A stretch of 53,354 nt of DNA from a virus (taxonomy: Duplodnaviria; Caudoviricetes): positions 1 through 53,354 of IMG/VR virus record IMGVR_UViG_3300031539_000043, one strand, 5' to 3'. The notes beneath the pieces were generated by a model. The model did no database searches. It was not told the DNA's origin and saw nothing but the letters and a program-made list of their open reading frames with translations. Of this stretch, positions 29,035 to 38,193 are shown piece by piece. The first letter of the stretch is position 1. Every line of letters starts with the position of its first letter. The position numbers and the translations under genes are program-made.

Positions 29035-29889
29035 TTATATAAATCTTTTTCCATCAAATCCACCTTCTATCCCTTTCCAATTTACAGCAATAGCTTCAGA
29101 TGTATGGATGGATTCTTCATGGCTACATTTAATAATCCAATCATGAACTCCCGGAATATTATTTATTACAACAGATATATTACGCATTGCATCTTCAACA
29201 AACATAAGATTTTTTCCTGCGTTTTCAGCAATTGCTTGTTCGTCTTCCCTTTTTATAATTGGATAAGGTAAAACCTTAACACTTGATTCTACTGCTTCAA
29301 TAATATCTTCCAACCAAATATAGTGTGGTTCTCTTGTTTCAACTAAAATATTAGCAAAAGATCTTTGATTATGAGGAAACCCAGTTCTTCCTTGGCTTTC
29401 TAAATGATTGCATAATTCAGCAGAACATGGACAATAAGAAGCATATTGAATTATAACTCCCTGGTAGAAATCAAAATTACTAGGTAGATCTAGGTTATAT
29501 AACTGTCCTTCAAATCTACATTTATAATAAAGAGGAAACTCATTATTTGATTTAATTGATTTTTTTATTATTGGAAATCTAAATTCAAACTTCATAAAAC
29601 TGGAAGTCCCTCCAACATTTTTTCTAATATCCTCTAAAATTAATTTAATTAATTTATGCTTTAATGGAAGATCAAGATATGGTTTTAAGGTCCTTATTAG
29701 TCTAGACATTGAGATTCCTTTTGTATTTTTATCTAGGTTAGTCCTCATTGAAACATTAGCTATTAGCTGATGAAACCCACCATATTTAGATTCTAATTTA
29801 AAAGGAACCTCAACATTTTCAACTCCAACTTGACTTATTGGAATTTTAATATTTGGTTTATTTTTTTGAATATCTGGTAAGTTTATCAT
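29035..29889 (-). CDS. folE2: GTP cyclohydrolase FolE2/MptA (type IB)
   Basis: LPDIQ, ISQVGV, KGISMSR, SYCPCS, PHNQRS, KREDEQ, NLMFVEDAMR, HEESIH. Confidence 0.92.
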   Translation of the reverse strand: MINLPDIQKNKPNIKIPISQVGVENVEVPFKLESKYGGFHQLIANVSMRTNLDKNTKGISMSRLIRTLKPYLDLPLKHKLIKLILEDIRKNVGGTSSFMKFEFRFPIIKKSIKSNNEFPLYYKCRFEGQLYNLDLPSNFDFYQGVIIQYASYCPCSAELCNHLESQGRTGFPHNQRSFANILVETREPHYIWLEDIIEAVESSVKVLPYPIIKREDEQAIAENAGKNLMFVEDAMRNISVVINNIPGVHDWIIKCSHEESIHTSEAIAVNWKGIEGGFDGKRFI

Positions 29890-30161
29890 ATAACAAGACC
29901 CTCTAATATTAATATTTTAACAATAGTTATTTTATAATCTTTTTTCCAGTTTATAAATTCATCTAAACTATCAAGAGCTTTAATATCATCTTCCATATCG
30001 TCTGAACAATGAAAATGAAAATGAGGTTGCATGTCATGTATTGTATCTTCATTAGTATCACGAACCACATTATCATTTTCATCTTGGTAGAAATATAAAT
30101 TTGGTTTTTTATATGTACAGGCAATTGGAGATTTACATACTGGACAGAAAAATTGTTTCAT
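29886..30161 (-). CDS. Small zinc-ribbon-like protein
   Basis: FFCPVC...HFHC; translationally coupled to neighbours. Confidence 0.6.
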   Translation of the reverse strand: MKQFFCPVCKSPIACTYKKPNLYFYQDENDNVVRDTNEDTIHDMQPHFHFHCSDDMEDDIKALDSLDEFINWKKDYKITIVKILILEGLVI

Positions 30162-30344
30162 CTATCCCTCCTTTAAAACTAAATCTTTAATATCAAACAT
30201 ATAAATCTCTTTTTTTTCAGGTAAGATATTTAAAGGTTTTATTTTTTTAACTTCTGTAGTTGTTTTATTAATTTCATAAAAATAACTGAATCTATCACAA
30301 ATAGTAGATCTTGTATATGTTCCATTTGATGGTGATGCACTCAT
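30162..30344 (-). CDS. Small hypothetical protein
   Basis: 60-aa ORF overlapping the RNAP beta stop and abutting the next gene. Confidence 0.55.
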   Translation of the reverse strand: MSASPSNGTYTRSTICDRFSYFYEINKTTTEVKKIKPLNILPEKKEIYMFDIKDLVLKEG

Positions 30345-33340
30345 TTATGTTCTACCCCCAAAACCGTTAGATATGAGTTAAATAATTTAACTGCTTCTGG
30401 AGTTATATCTATCTTTTTCTTTTCATCATCCAGATCAAATTCAATTAAACTCCTAATATAACGATTTTTTAAATCAATACAATCTGATTTTGTAGTAAAG
30501 AACTCAAATAGATTATTCGGAGCATCATGACCTACAATACATGCCATTTCCATTTCACCTATTCTTTGTCCTCCTTTATTTTTCCTTCCTCCTAATGGTT
30601 GAAGTGTTCTTTTTGCATATGTACCAATTCCTCTAGCAGCTATTTTCTCTTCTGCAATATGAACCATTCTAAAGAAATACATATATCCAACTGCAATTGG
30701 ATTTACTAAAAACGTCTTTGATAATGGGTCATATAATTCTTGTTTAAATAAACTGGCAGAATATTCTAAAGCTTTTTCAAGTTCTTCAATTTTTATAGAT
30801 TCAAAAGGAGGTTGAATTAAATATAAATCTTCAATAAATTTAGAATCAATGGTATCAGTCAACTGTTCTTCAAATTGTTTATAATACCAATTATCTTTTG
30901 TGTTATCCACAATTTTTATAAAATTTAACAAATATTCTTTTAACTGTGGTTGTTCTATATTATTATTTAACATTTCTATCATTTTAATTTTTATACCCTC
31001 TAATGCTATAGAAAGATGAAGTTCGTATAGTTGCCCAATATTCATTCTTGAGATTATACTCAAAGGATTTATACAAATATCCAAATGTCTTCCATCTTTT
31101 AATTGTGGCATTTTTTCATGTTCTACAATTCTTGATACAACACCTTTATTTCCATGACGGTTTCCTAGTTTATCTCCAACTTTAATTTTTCTAAAATGGA
31201 CTCCAATCATTTCAATATATATACCATTTATTCTCTCTCTTTTATTTTTATACTTTCCAACAAATGAAAATAAATCTAAACTGTTTTCTTTAATAAATTT
31301 ATCAGCTTCTACTTTTGATAATTTATCTTTGATTATTTTTTTAAGATAATTTTCATTTTCTTTTTGATTATGAATTCGTTCTTCAACCCATTTTTTAAAT
31401 TCTGGAATATCAGAATTCCATTCATTTGCATAAACATTTACTTCTGATATAATAAACTTCTTTTCTGCGTCTAATGTAGTTGTTTCTCTAAAAACAGAAT
31501 AATAATCATCAGAATTTAAATTCTTAATTTTAGCATATGGTTCCCCAACTTGAATTACACTGTATTCATCTGGAAGTGGTTTATATTTGTTTTTATCTAA
31601 ACTTAATAGAACTTTATTTGGTGGTATTTTAAATGATAGATCTCTATAGTGAACAGATGTTAAAATATCTTCACTAACTAAACGATCTGAAATCACAATA
31701 CCATCTTCATAATTGTTTCCATAATAAATCATAACTCCTGTTAAAAGATTTTTACCAAAGTTTATTTTTCCGCCTTTACAGAAATTACTTTCTGCTAACA
31801 CTTCTCCTTTCTTAAATTTATCACCAGGTTTAACATAGATATGCATAAAATCCATATGTTCAACATAAATTTTTCTATATGATATATCAAACACTTTAAC
31901 TTCTCCGGTTATATATTGAACCATTAAATATTTTTTATCAATATAAACAACTTCTCCATCATCTTTAGCTATTTTTACAAATTGTGTATATTTACTAAAT
32001 AATCCTTCACACCCAGATGAGATCATTGGTCTATCAAACTTTTTTAACATGATTGATTGTCTCATTTGTGAAGATGACATTTGTAGTCTGGTTTGGTCAT
32101 CATGTTCTAAAAATGGGACCATAGTTACAGGAATTGAGATTGGAAATTCGTTTTGTTTATTTGTAAATTTTAAATTATCATCCAAATCAACATTAGGAAC
32201 CAGATTTTGTAACACTCCACAATTATCCCTATCTGGAGTATCAACTGGGCATATTCTTCCAAACATTGTTGGACATATATCCCTTAAATGACTTGGAATG
32301 TTTTCTCTTTTAAATCCACCAGGACCTAAAAGACTAATCCTTGATAATTTAGTTAATTCTTCAATGGGATTTATTGAGAAATCAAATTGAACTATATCAG
32401 AAACATTACAATCAGAAATTACTTGGTTTGAATTAATATTAAATTTTGGTTGTCTGGCAGTTCTGTTTGAAAAACATAGGTCAAAAACATTTTTGGATAA
32501 TTTTGAATAAATTACATACTCAAAACATCTAACCCTTTTATTTGTAAATAAAGTATCATCTATATATTGGATTTTAATTGCTTCAATTAATTCTTCAATG
32601 ATTGTTGGTTTAGTTAAAAACTTTGCTGTTAGAACATCAACTTTTGGTATTAGATCTAAAGCATATATAATATCTTCCCCTTTTGATTTAGCATTGTATC
32701 TTGAGTATGTTTTTCCCAATTCAACTATAAAATCATCTTGTGTATAACCTTTTGATTCAGTATAATATTCCTTTAAATCATTAAGTAATAATTCATAAAG
32801 ATTAGTAGAGTTTTCATCTGTTGTTATATTATTAAGATTATACTTGTTTACCAATGTATTAGAATTATAGTAGGCAAACATTAATAGTGCTAGTGGAATT
32901 TTCTTTCCCAAGAAACTTACTTTAATATTTGGAATTATTTTATCTTTGAAAATCATAAGGGTTGCAACATTAGTTCTTAACTTAATAGATTCTCCCCTTG
33001 TTACAACTGGAATATCAAATAATTGAAACAGGGGAATCTTTTTTCGACCATTTATCATAATATAATTCCCATTAATTAACTTAGGAATAAACATACTAAG
33101 ATCTATTTTTGCTGGTCCTTTTTGAAGTAGTATGGATAAAGTTTGTTTTATAGTTTTTGATAATTCTCCGGATGTAAACCTGGAATCTTTTAAACCTATT
33201 TCTGTTATATCAAAACCAATTTCTTTAACTGGTTGTAATATTTCTGTAACTGTATCCAGTAGTTTATTGTAATCATTTTGTCTTATTCCGAAAATACTAT
33301 CGTCTGCATTGATTTTGTAATTAGGATTTATAATGTTCAT
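30341..33340 (-). CDS. rpoB: Phage multisubunit RNA polymerase beta subunit (compact, unsplit)
   Basis: LGPGG, GRICPVDTPD..NCG, PFLEHDD..R.QM.S.QMRQ, G.NYEDGIVIS, GDKLGNRHGNKGVVS, NPLSIISRMNIGQ, QPLGGRKNKGGQRIGEME, KSD. Confidence 0.95.
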   Translation of the reverse strand: MNIINPNYKINADDSIFGIRQNDYNKLLDTVTEILQPVKEIGFDITEIGLKDSRFTSGELSKTIKQTLSILLQKGPAKIDLSMFIPKLINGNYIMINGRKKIPLFQLFDIPVVTRGESIKLRTNVATLMIFKDKIIPNIKVSFLGKKIPLALLMFAYYNSNTLVNKYNLNNITTDENSTNLYELLLNDLKEYYTESKGYTQDDFIVELGKTYSRYNAKSKGEDIIYALDLIPKVDVLTAKFLTKPTIIEELIEAIKIQYIDDTLFTNKRVRCFEYVIYSKLSKNVFDLCFSNRTARQPKFNINSNQVISDCNVSDIVQFDFSINPIEELTKLSRISLLGPGGFKRENIPSHLRDICPTMFGRICPVDTPDRDNCGVLQNLVPNVDLDDNLKFTNKQNEFPISIPVTMVPFLEHDDQTRLQMSSSQMRQSIMLKKFDRPMISSGCEGLFSKYTQFVKIAKDDGEVVYIDKKYLMVQYITGEVKVFDISYRKIYVEHMDFMHIYVKPGDKFKKGEVLAESNFCKGGKINFGKNLLTGVMIYYGNNYEDGIVISDRLVSEDILTSVHYRDLSFKIPPNKVLLSLDKNKYKPLPDEYSVIQVGEPYAKIKNLNSDDYYSVFRETTTLDAEKKFIISEVNVYANEWNSDIPEFKKWVEERIHNQKENENYLKKIIKDKLSKVEADKFIKENSLDLFSFVGKYKNKRERINGIYIEMIGVHFRKIKVGDKLGNRHGNKGVVSRIVEHEKMPQLKDGRHLDICINPLSIISRMNIGQLYELHLSIALEGIKIKMIEMLNNNIEQPQLKEYLLNFIKIVDNTKDNWYYKQFEEQLTDTIDSKFIEDLYLIQPPFESIKIEELEKALEYSASLFKQELYDPLSKTFLVNPIAVGYMYFFRMVHIAEEKIAARGIGTYAKRTLQPLGGRKNKGGQRIGEMEMACIVGHDAPNNLFEFFTTKSDCIDLKNRYIRSLIEFDLDDEKKKIDITPEAVKLFNSYLTVLGVEHK

Positions 33341-36048
33341 TCGATTTTTTCTCCTTTTAGTATTTTATCCATAACTCCAGAATATATTCCTTCATACAAT
33401 ATACCCTGTCGAATACTTCGTTTGGGATTTGAAAAAGCCATAGCAAGTATCCAAGACTCTTTATTTGGAGTAGATTGAATACTAAAATATTCTGGCTGGA
33501 CTGTTTCACGATTAGGCAATAGTCTCCATTTTTTATGTCCAACCCACATAAGTTGGGATACAACACATTCATAATGAACATGATAAATACTTTTATCATA
33601 TACATGAAATAGCTCTTCAACTATTTGAGTATAATTCTTGTTAATAAATTTATGTAATATTCCTGTAATAAAACTAAGATCTCCAACTATATCTTGCTGT
33701 TTCATATCATTATCATGATTATCATCTTGTTCATCTTTTATAACTGCAGAACCAGATGTATGAAACGTTCTAAGAACTAATTGTGTAGATCTTTCTCCGA
33801 GAGTTTGAGCAGCTATTATTCCAATAAATCTACTGTTAAGAGTTTTATATAATTCGCCATAACATTTATGACAAATCTTTGAATTTTTACAAAGAATTGG
33901 ACTTCTAATAAGAATTCTTTTTCCCAATAGTGGCATACAATTATCTTTTTGAATAAGAGTATGACTTCCATCTTCTTGTTTCATCCAACGACCCACTAAC
34001 ATATATGCTTTTCTTTTGGTATTAACATCTACTTCTAAATGGTCAGTAGTACCACAATCTTCTAAGGTTGTACTAAGTTGAAGGTTTGTACATGTGAATA
34101 TTAATTTTCTTGATAAATATCCGCTTGTGCCTGTATTTAAAGCAATATCAAGTAGTCCTTTCCTACAACCATATGTTGAATAAAAGAATTCTTGTTGATC
34201 TAAACCATCAATTAGATTCCGTTTAATTGGTAATGGTAATATTTCACCATCAAAATTTGAGATAAATCCTCTTGTCAAAATTAACTGTTTAACTTGATCC
34301 CAACTACCTCGTGCTCCAGAATCAATCATATATGAATATTTAAAATGCTTTCTTAATTCATCTGTTAGATTCTTACTAGAAAAGCTAACTAACTGGTCTC
34401 TTATGTCACCTTTATATATATCATCTCTAAATTTTTGTGAATCTTCAAATTTACAATCATTTAACGACATGGTGCAACCAAATAAAGTTGCGTATTTAAA
34501 ACCAATCATTTTTATTTTGTCAAGAATTTCAATAACATCCGAGCTTTTATATTTATCTTTAATATCATTTAATATTGCCATTAATGTTTTTTTATTAACT
34601 ACTGTGTCAATAACTGGATAATCTTCAGGCAAACATGAGTTAAAAACCTGTTGACCTTTACTTATTTTATGATTTTTATACTCAACAATTTCTTTAAGAT
34701 TATCGAAACTATCATTTGTTAAAGAGTATATACCCAGAATAATATCTTGACTTGGTATTGTTGATAAATCTTCATTTGCTGGGCTATGTAGATTTTCTGT
34801 TATAAATATTTTCTTTATTATTTCTTGTTTTGATACTTCGGTAATGGGAATATATACTGCCATTTGGTCACCATCAAAATCAGCATTAAATGGAGAACAT
34901 ACCAAAGGATGTATTTTAATAACCATATCTAATGTTAACTTTATCTTAAAACCTAGCATACTAAGTCTATGAAGAGATGGTTGTCTATTAAGAATACAAA
35001 CTTCCCCTTTTATAACATCTTCACAAACTCGGTATAAAACATTAGATTTTAATTTAATACATTTATCAACAAAGTCAATAGCATTATTTAATAACTTGAA
35101 TTTTCCCATCTCAATTATTTTTTTGGATATTTGTAATTTATATATTTCAAGAATCATAAAATAAGGCAAAGCACATTCATCTAATTTAAGGGTTGGATCA
35201 GGAACAATAACAGCTCGCCCTGAAAAATCAATTCTTTTTCCAAGAATATTCCCTCTTATTAATCCTTCTTTTTTTGCCATTTTTTCTAATATTCTGGTAT
35301 ATAGTTCATTAACATCTTTTTGAATTTGTTTAAAATAAGTATAATATAGATCCTTATCCCTATGAATATTAAGAATTGTTTCTCGTATGATTTCTTTCTT
35401 GGTTAAAATTTGAGTATAATACCTATTTATTTTATCCATTAATTGTTTATTCTTTCCCCCTGCCAACATAGTAGGTCTTAATTCTGGTGGGAGAACTATA
35501 ACATGATTAATTAAAAGGCTATCAATATTTTCTAAAACCAACTTCCATTCTTCAACTTCATAACCAGCTTCACGTTCAGCAACAAAATGAATTAGCTTTT
35601 TTATAGCATCCGTCTTTTCCCAGGTTTGAGTCCCCTTTGGAATATATTCAGGATTAACGGTAACAACCATATCATCCCCATCTTGATATAAGACACTTTT
35701 TTCCATTTTCATTAAATCGTCAATTCCAGTCTTTAAAGTTTTTCCGCCAATATGTACAAGTAGATCATAGAATAGTGGATTAACTACAGGCATTGGTAAT
35801 ACTATTTTTGCAAATCTTGTTCTACGAACATTACTATTTACTATGTCTACTTTACACAAATCACACTGGCCGCCGGATTTAGAAACACCATAATATGTTC
35901 CACATTGACAGGTATAGTTTTTTAAGGGTCCAAATATTTGTTCAGAAAACAAACCTTGTGGGTGAAAATATTTTTTTCCAATGATTTTTATGGACGTGAC
36001 TTCTGGTAGGTCTTCACAGAATTCTTGGTAGTTCAATATTTTTGGCAT
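33337..36048 (-). CDS. rpoC: Phage multisubunit RNA polymerase beta' subunit (compact, unsplit)
   Basis: GLFSEQIFGP..YTCQCG Zn finger, VLPPELRP, GKRIDFSGRAVI, NRQPSLHR, catalytic NADFDGD, SGYLSRKL, AAQTLGERSTQLVLRTFH. Confidence 0.96.
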   Translation of the reverse strand: MPKILNYQEFCEDLPEVTSIKIIGKKYFHPQGLFSEQIFGPLKNYTCQCGTYYGVSKSGGQCDLCKVDIVNSNVRRTRFAKIVLPMPVVNPLFYDLLVHIGGKTLKTGIDDLMKMEKSVLYQDGDDMVVTVNPEYIPKGTQTWEKTDAIKKLIHFVAEREAGYEVEEWKLVLENIDSLLINHVIVLPPELRPTMLAGGKNKQLMDKINRYYTQILTKKEIIRETILNIHRDKDLYYTYFKQIQKDVNELYTRILEKMAKKEGLIRGNILGKRIDFSGRAVIVPDPTLKLDECALPYFMILEIYKLQISKKIIEMGKFKLLNNAIDFVDKCIKLKSNVLYRVCEDVIKGEVCILNRQPSLHRLSMLGFKIKLTLDMVIKIHPLVCSPFNADFDGDQMAVYIPITEVSKQEIIKKIFITENLHSPANEDLSTIPSQDIILGIYSLTNDSFDNLKEIVEYKNHKISKGQQVFNSCLPEDYPVIDTVVNKKTLMAILNDIKDKYKSSDVIEILDKIKMIGFKYATLFGCTMSLNDCKFEDSQKFRDDIYKGDIRDQLVSFSSKNLTDELRKHFKYSYMIDSGARGSWDQVKQLILTRGFISNFDGEILPLPIKRNLIDGLDQQEFFYSTYGCRKGLLDIALNTGTSGYLSRKLIFTCTNLQLSTTLEDCGTTDHLEVDVNTKRKAYMLVGRWMKQEDGSHTLIQKDNCMPLLGKRILIRSPILCKNSKICHKCYGELYKTLNSRFIGIIAAQTLGERSTQLVLRTFHTSGSAVIKDEQDDNHDNDMKQQDIVGDLSFITGILHKFINKNYTQIVEELFHVYDKSIYHVHYECVVSQLMWVGHKKWRLLPNRETVQPEYFSIQSTPNKESWILAMAFSNPKRSIRQGILYEGIYSGVMDKILKGEKIE

Positions 36049-36050
36049 GT

Positions 36051-36260
36051 TTACTCCTTTGAGTTAAATTTTTCTAAAATGTGTTTCGCCAAACTACGAA
36101 AATGTTCTTTAATTATTTCAGATACTAATTTATTAATTTTGGGCATGATAACTTTTACAATTTCATTTACATCTTTCTTTGCAATAATTTTTTCATTCTC
36201 TCGTACTTTTTTCAATATAATTTTATTCAACTGTCTTTCAAATGGACTCGGGGAGATCAT
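36051..36260 (-). CDS. Small basic helical protein between Ubl cluster and RNAP beta'
   Basis: 69 aa, AGGAGG RBS; overlaps the upstream gene and ends 2 nt before the beta' ATG. Confidence 0.7.
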   Translation of the reverse strand: MISPSPFERQLNKIILKKVRENEKIIAKKDVNEIVKVIMPKINKLVSEIIKEHFRSLAKHILEKFNSKE

Positions 36261-36714
36261 GGGCAGTTATACCTCCTATTTTTGATATCTCTTTTATTTT
36301 GTAATGTTTGGGATCTGGTTTTCTAAAACAATTATTTAAGTGCCAAGTTTCAACCATAGAAATTATCATAAATAAATAACTCATATCAAATTCTTTATTT
36401 TTTAGTTTTTCATCTATACAATATTCTCTTGTCTTTGGATCCATGTTTGGGTGACTTCCATTCATGATTTTTATAGATTGAACCTTATTATCTTTTGTTA
36501 TAAATGTTAACCCATTGATTTTAAAATTATTATTACAATCTTTAATTTTAAATAATTTATTTTCTTTAAATATATGTGTTGGGTAGATTTCTAAGGGGAA
36601 TAAAGATATTTCTCCTCTACCACGATTAACTTTATTTCTTGTAATCCATGAGTTCATTTTTATAAGGGTAGTTTCTACATCATGCTGCCCCAGTTTCTCT
36701 AATGAGTAAAACAC
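36238..36714 (-). CDS. Putative E2/UBC-like protein
   Basis: HPNMDPKTREYC = HPN-x8-C, the E2 active-site spacing; follows a ThiF-like gene. Start uncertain. Confidence 0.5.
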   Translation of the reverse strand: MFYSLEKLGQHDVETTLIKMNSWITRNKVNRGRGEISLFPLEIYPTHIFKENKLFKIKDCNNNFKINGLTFITKDNKVQSIKIMNGSHPNMDPKTREYCIDEKLKNKEFDMSYLFMIISMVETWHLNNCFRKPDPKHYKIKEISKIGGITAHDLPESI

Positions 36715-37612
36715 TAATCCTTTCCCCCTTTGAAGATAGGCTCATTGAATATTCTAAATCTTCTTTTTGTTTCGATATTAGATCAGCTATTACTTCTAAG
36801 ACTTTTGATGTGTCACTTCCTTTTGGAATGATAGCATATTCTGGAGAAGTTGTAAATGACATACTAAATTTTTTCCAAAGATGTTCTTCACCAACAAAAA
36901 CATCAATATCTTTTGTTTTTGCTTCTTGAACAGTTGTGTTGATATAATCTTCAAATGAATGAATTTTTTCTAATCCTTTATGAGTTTCGTATACTAAATC
37001 ATTAGAATTCTTTAATTTAATATCTTGAAATATATTGGATATTGTTTCATCAATATTTAAAGATTGAAGGACTTTATTGTTTATCATTTTATTTAAAATT
37101 TTTGGAGTTGAAATTAATTTATATGCTATAAATGCTGCTTCCCTAATTTCGCTTTTCTTTAAAATCATAAAATAACTACCTAAATGAGATTTTCTATGAA
37201 CAAATTGTCTACAGTCAATTACTAAACTTCTTTCATCAATATAAAATTTAACATCAATTTCTTGCTTTCTACTGCATATAAAATCTCGACAATCTATAAC
37301 TAAATCACATGGAGGTAGTTTTGTTGTTCCTTCATTGTATTCACTTTGGAATATTTGTGTCCTTGTGTATAATGGATCTACTCTATTAAGCAAACATTCA
37401 ACTTTTGGTTTTCCAATATCACTTTTTTTGAAGAATGAGCTATCTAAATTATTTTTTTCTACTATCTGTGGGTCAATTAATATCAATTTCTTAATATTTT
37501 CATTATAAGAAAGATGTTTATATAAAAAGCTTCCCAAACTACCTAAACCAATTATACATACATTTTGATAACATAATTCTGTCTTAGATTTTTTTGAATT
37601 CATATAATACAT
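36680..37612 (-). CDS. ThiF/E1-like protein (second copy, possibly degenerate) with extra C-terminal domain
   Basis: IIGLGSLGS, IDPQIVEKNNL, GKPKV, DLVIDCRD; lacks the NLxRQ arginine; ends LLIRETGAA. Confidence 0.75.
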   Translation of the reverse strand: MYYMNSKKSKTELCYQNVCIIGLGSLGSFLYKHLSYNENIKKLILIDPQIVEKNNLDSSFFKKSDIGKPKVECLLNRVDPLYTRTQIFQSEYNEGTTKLPPCDLVIDCRDFICSRKQEIDVKFYIDERSLVIDCRQFVHRKSHLGSYFMILKKSEIREAAFIAYKLISTPKILNKMINNKVLQSLNIDETISNIFQDIKLKNSNDLVYETHKGLEKIHSFEDYINTTVQEAKTKDIDVFVGEEHLWKKFSMSFTTSPEYAIIPKGSDTSKVLEVIADLISKQKEDLEYSMSLSSKGERISVLLIRETGAA

Positions 37613-37629
37613 TCGTTACAGTCCTTGGG

Positions 37630-37659
37630 ATTGCTGAGGAACTTTCGCCCCCCAGCAAT
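37630..37659 (-). promoter_or_regulatory. GNRA-capped RNA hairpin 3' of the Ubl gene
   Basis: Minus-strand RNA AUUGCUGGGGGGC-GAAA-GUUCCUCAGCAAU, 13-bp stem with three G-U pairs, no U tail. Confidence 0.7.
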
Positions 37660-37676
37660 TTATTTAACTCCGCTTT

Positions 37677-38156
37677 TTATCCCTTTGACCCAGCTGGTTT
37701 CAGGAATTCTAACTCGTCACCATCTTTTAGAGTATAGGTTCCTTCAACATCTTTTCCGTTGACTAGACCTGGAGACATTTTTTCAATATTAAGAACTTCT
37801 CTGAGGAAGTCAGCAACCTCAGCAACTGAACGACCGGCAACTGGAAAGTTACCAGATGAAGCTCCACTGGATACACGAATAGTAGTAGAACATTTATCAC
37901 CTTTTTTCGCTGATGGTTTTGTAAGAACAGATGTAGCACAAAACTCAATAGCGTTCATTGCTTTGATGGCAGCTGCAGGAGCAATTGATGCTGTTGCAGC
38001 TTTTGGGGCTAATGGTCCTTGACTTTGTAATATTGCTTCGATGACAACAGCTTTAGTTTTTTTGGAAAGTCCTACAAGACCCATTTCTACTGCCAATGGT
38101 TTTAAATCATTTTTTACGTTCATGTTTTCAAGTTCTTCTCTTAAGTAAATCGGCAT
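37677..38156 (-). CDS. Ubiquitin-like (beta-grasp) protein with N-terminal Rho_N/HeH-like domain
   Basis: C-terminal VNG.....YTLKDGDELEFLKPAGSKG with terminal Gly; N-terminal EELENMNV..LK.LA...GL.GLSKKTK..VIEAIL; Ala/Pro linker; flanked by E1 genes. Confidence 0.8.
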   Translation of the reverse strand: MPIYLREELENMNVKNDLKPLAVEMGLVGLSKKTKAVVIEAILQSQGPLAPKAATASIAPAAAIKAMNAIEFCATSVLTKPSAKKGDKCSTTIRVSSGASSGNFPVAGRSVAEVADFLREVLNIEKMSPGLVNGKDVEGTYTLKDGDELEFLKPAGSKG

Positions 38157-38193
38157 AATTCTTTATTTCTCCTTTGTTTTGTTTTTTGTGAAA

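Noticed and set aside
30341-36048. Bacterial chromosomal rpoBC locus
   Set aside because: Reversed order, reduced size, no ribosomal protein genes, and surrounded by phage structural and replication genes.
20482-36048. Inteins or introns in terminase and RNAP genes
   Set aside because: Proteins are of normal or reduced length with contiguous motifs; no intein-like insertion visible.
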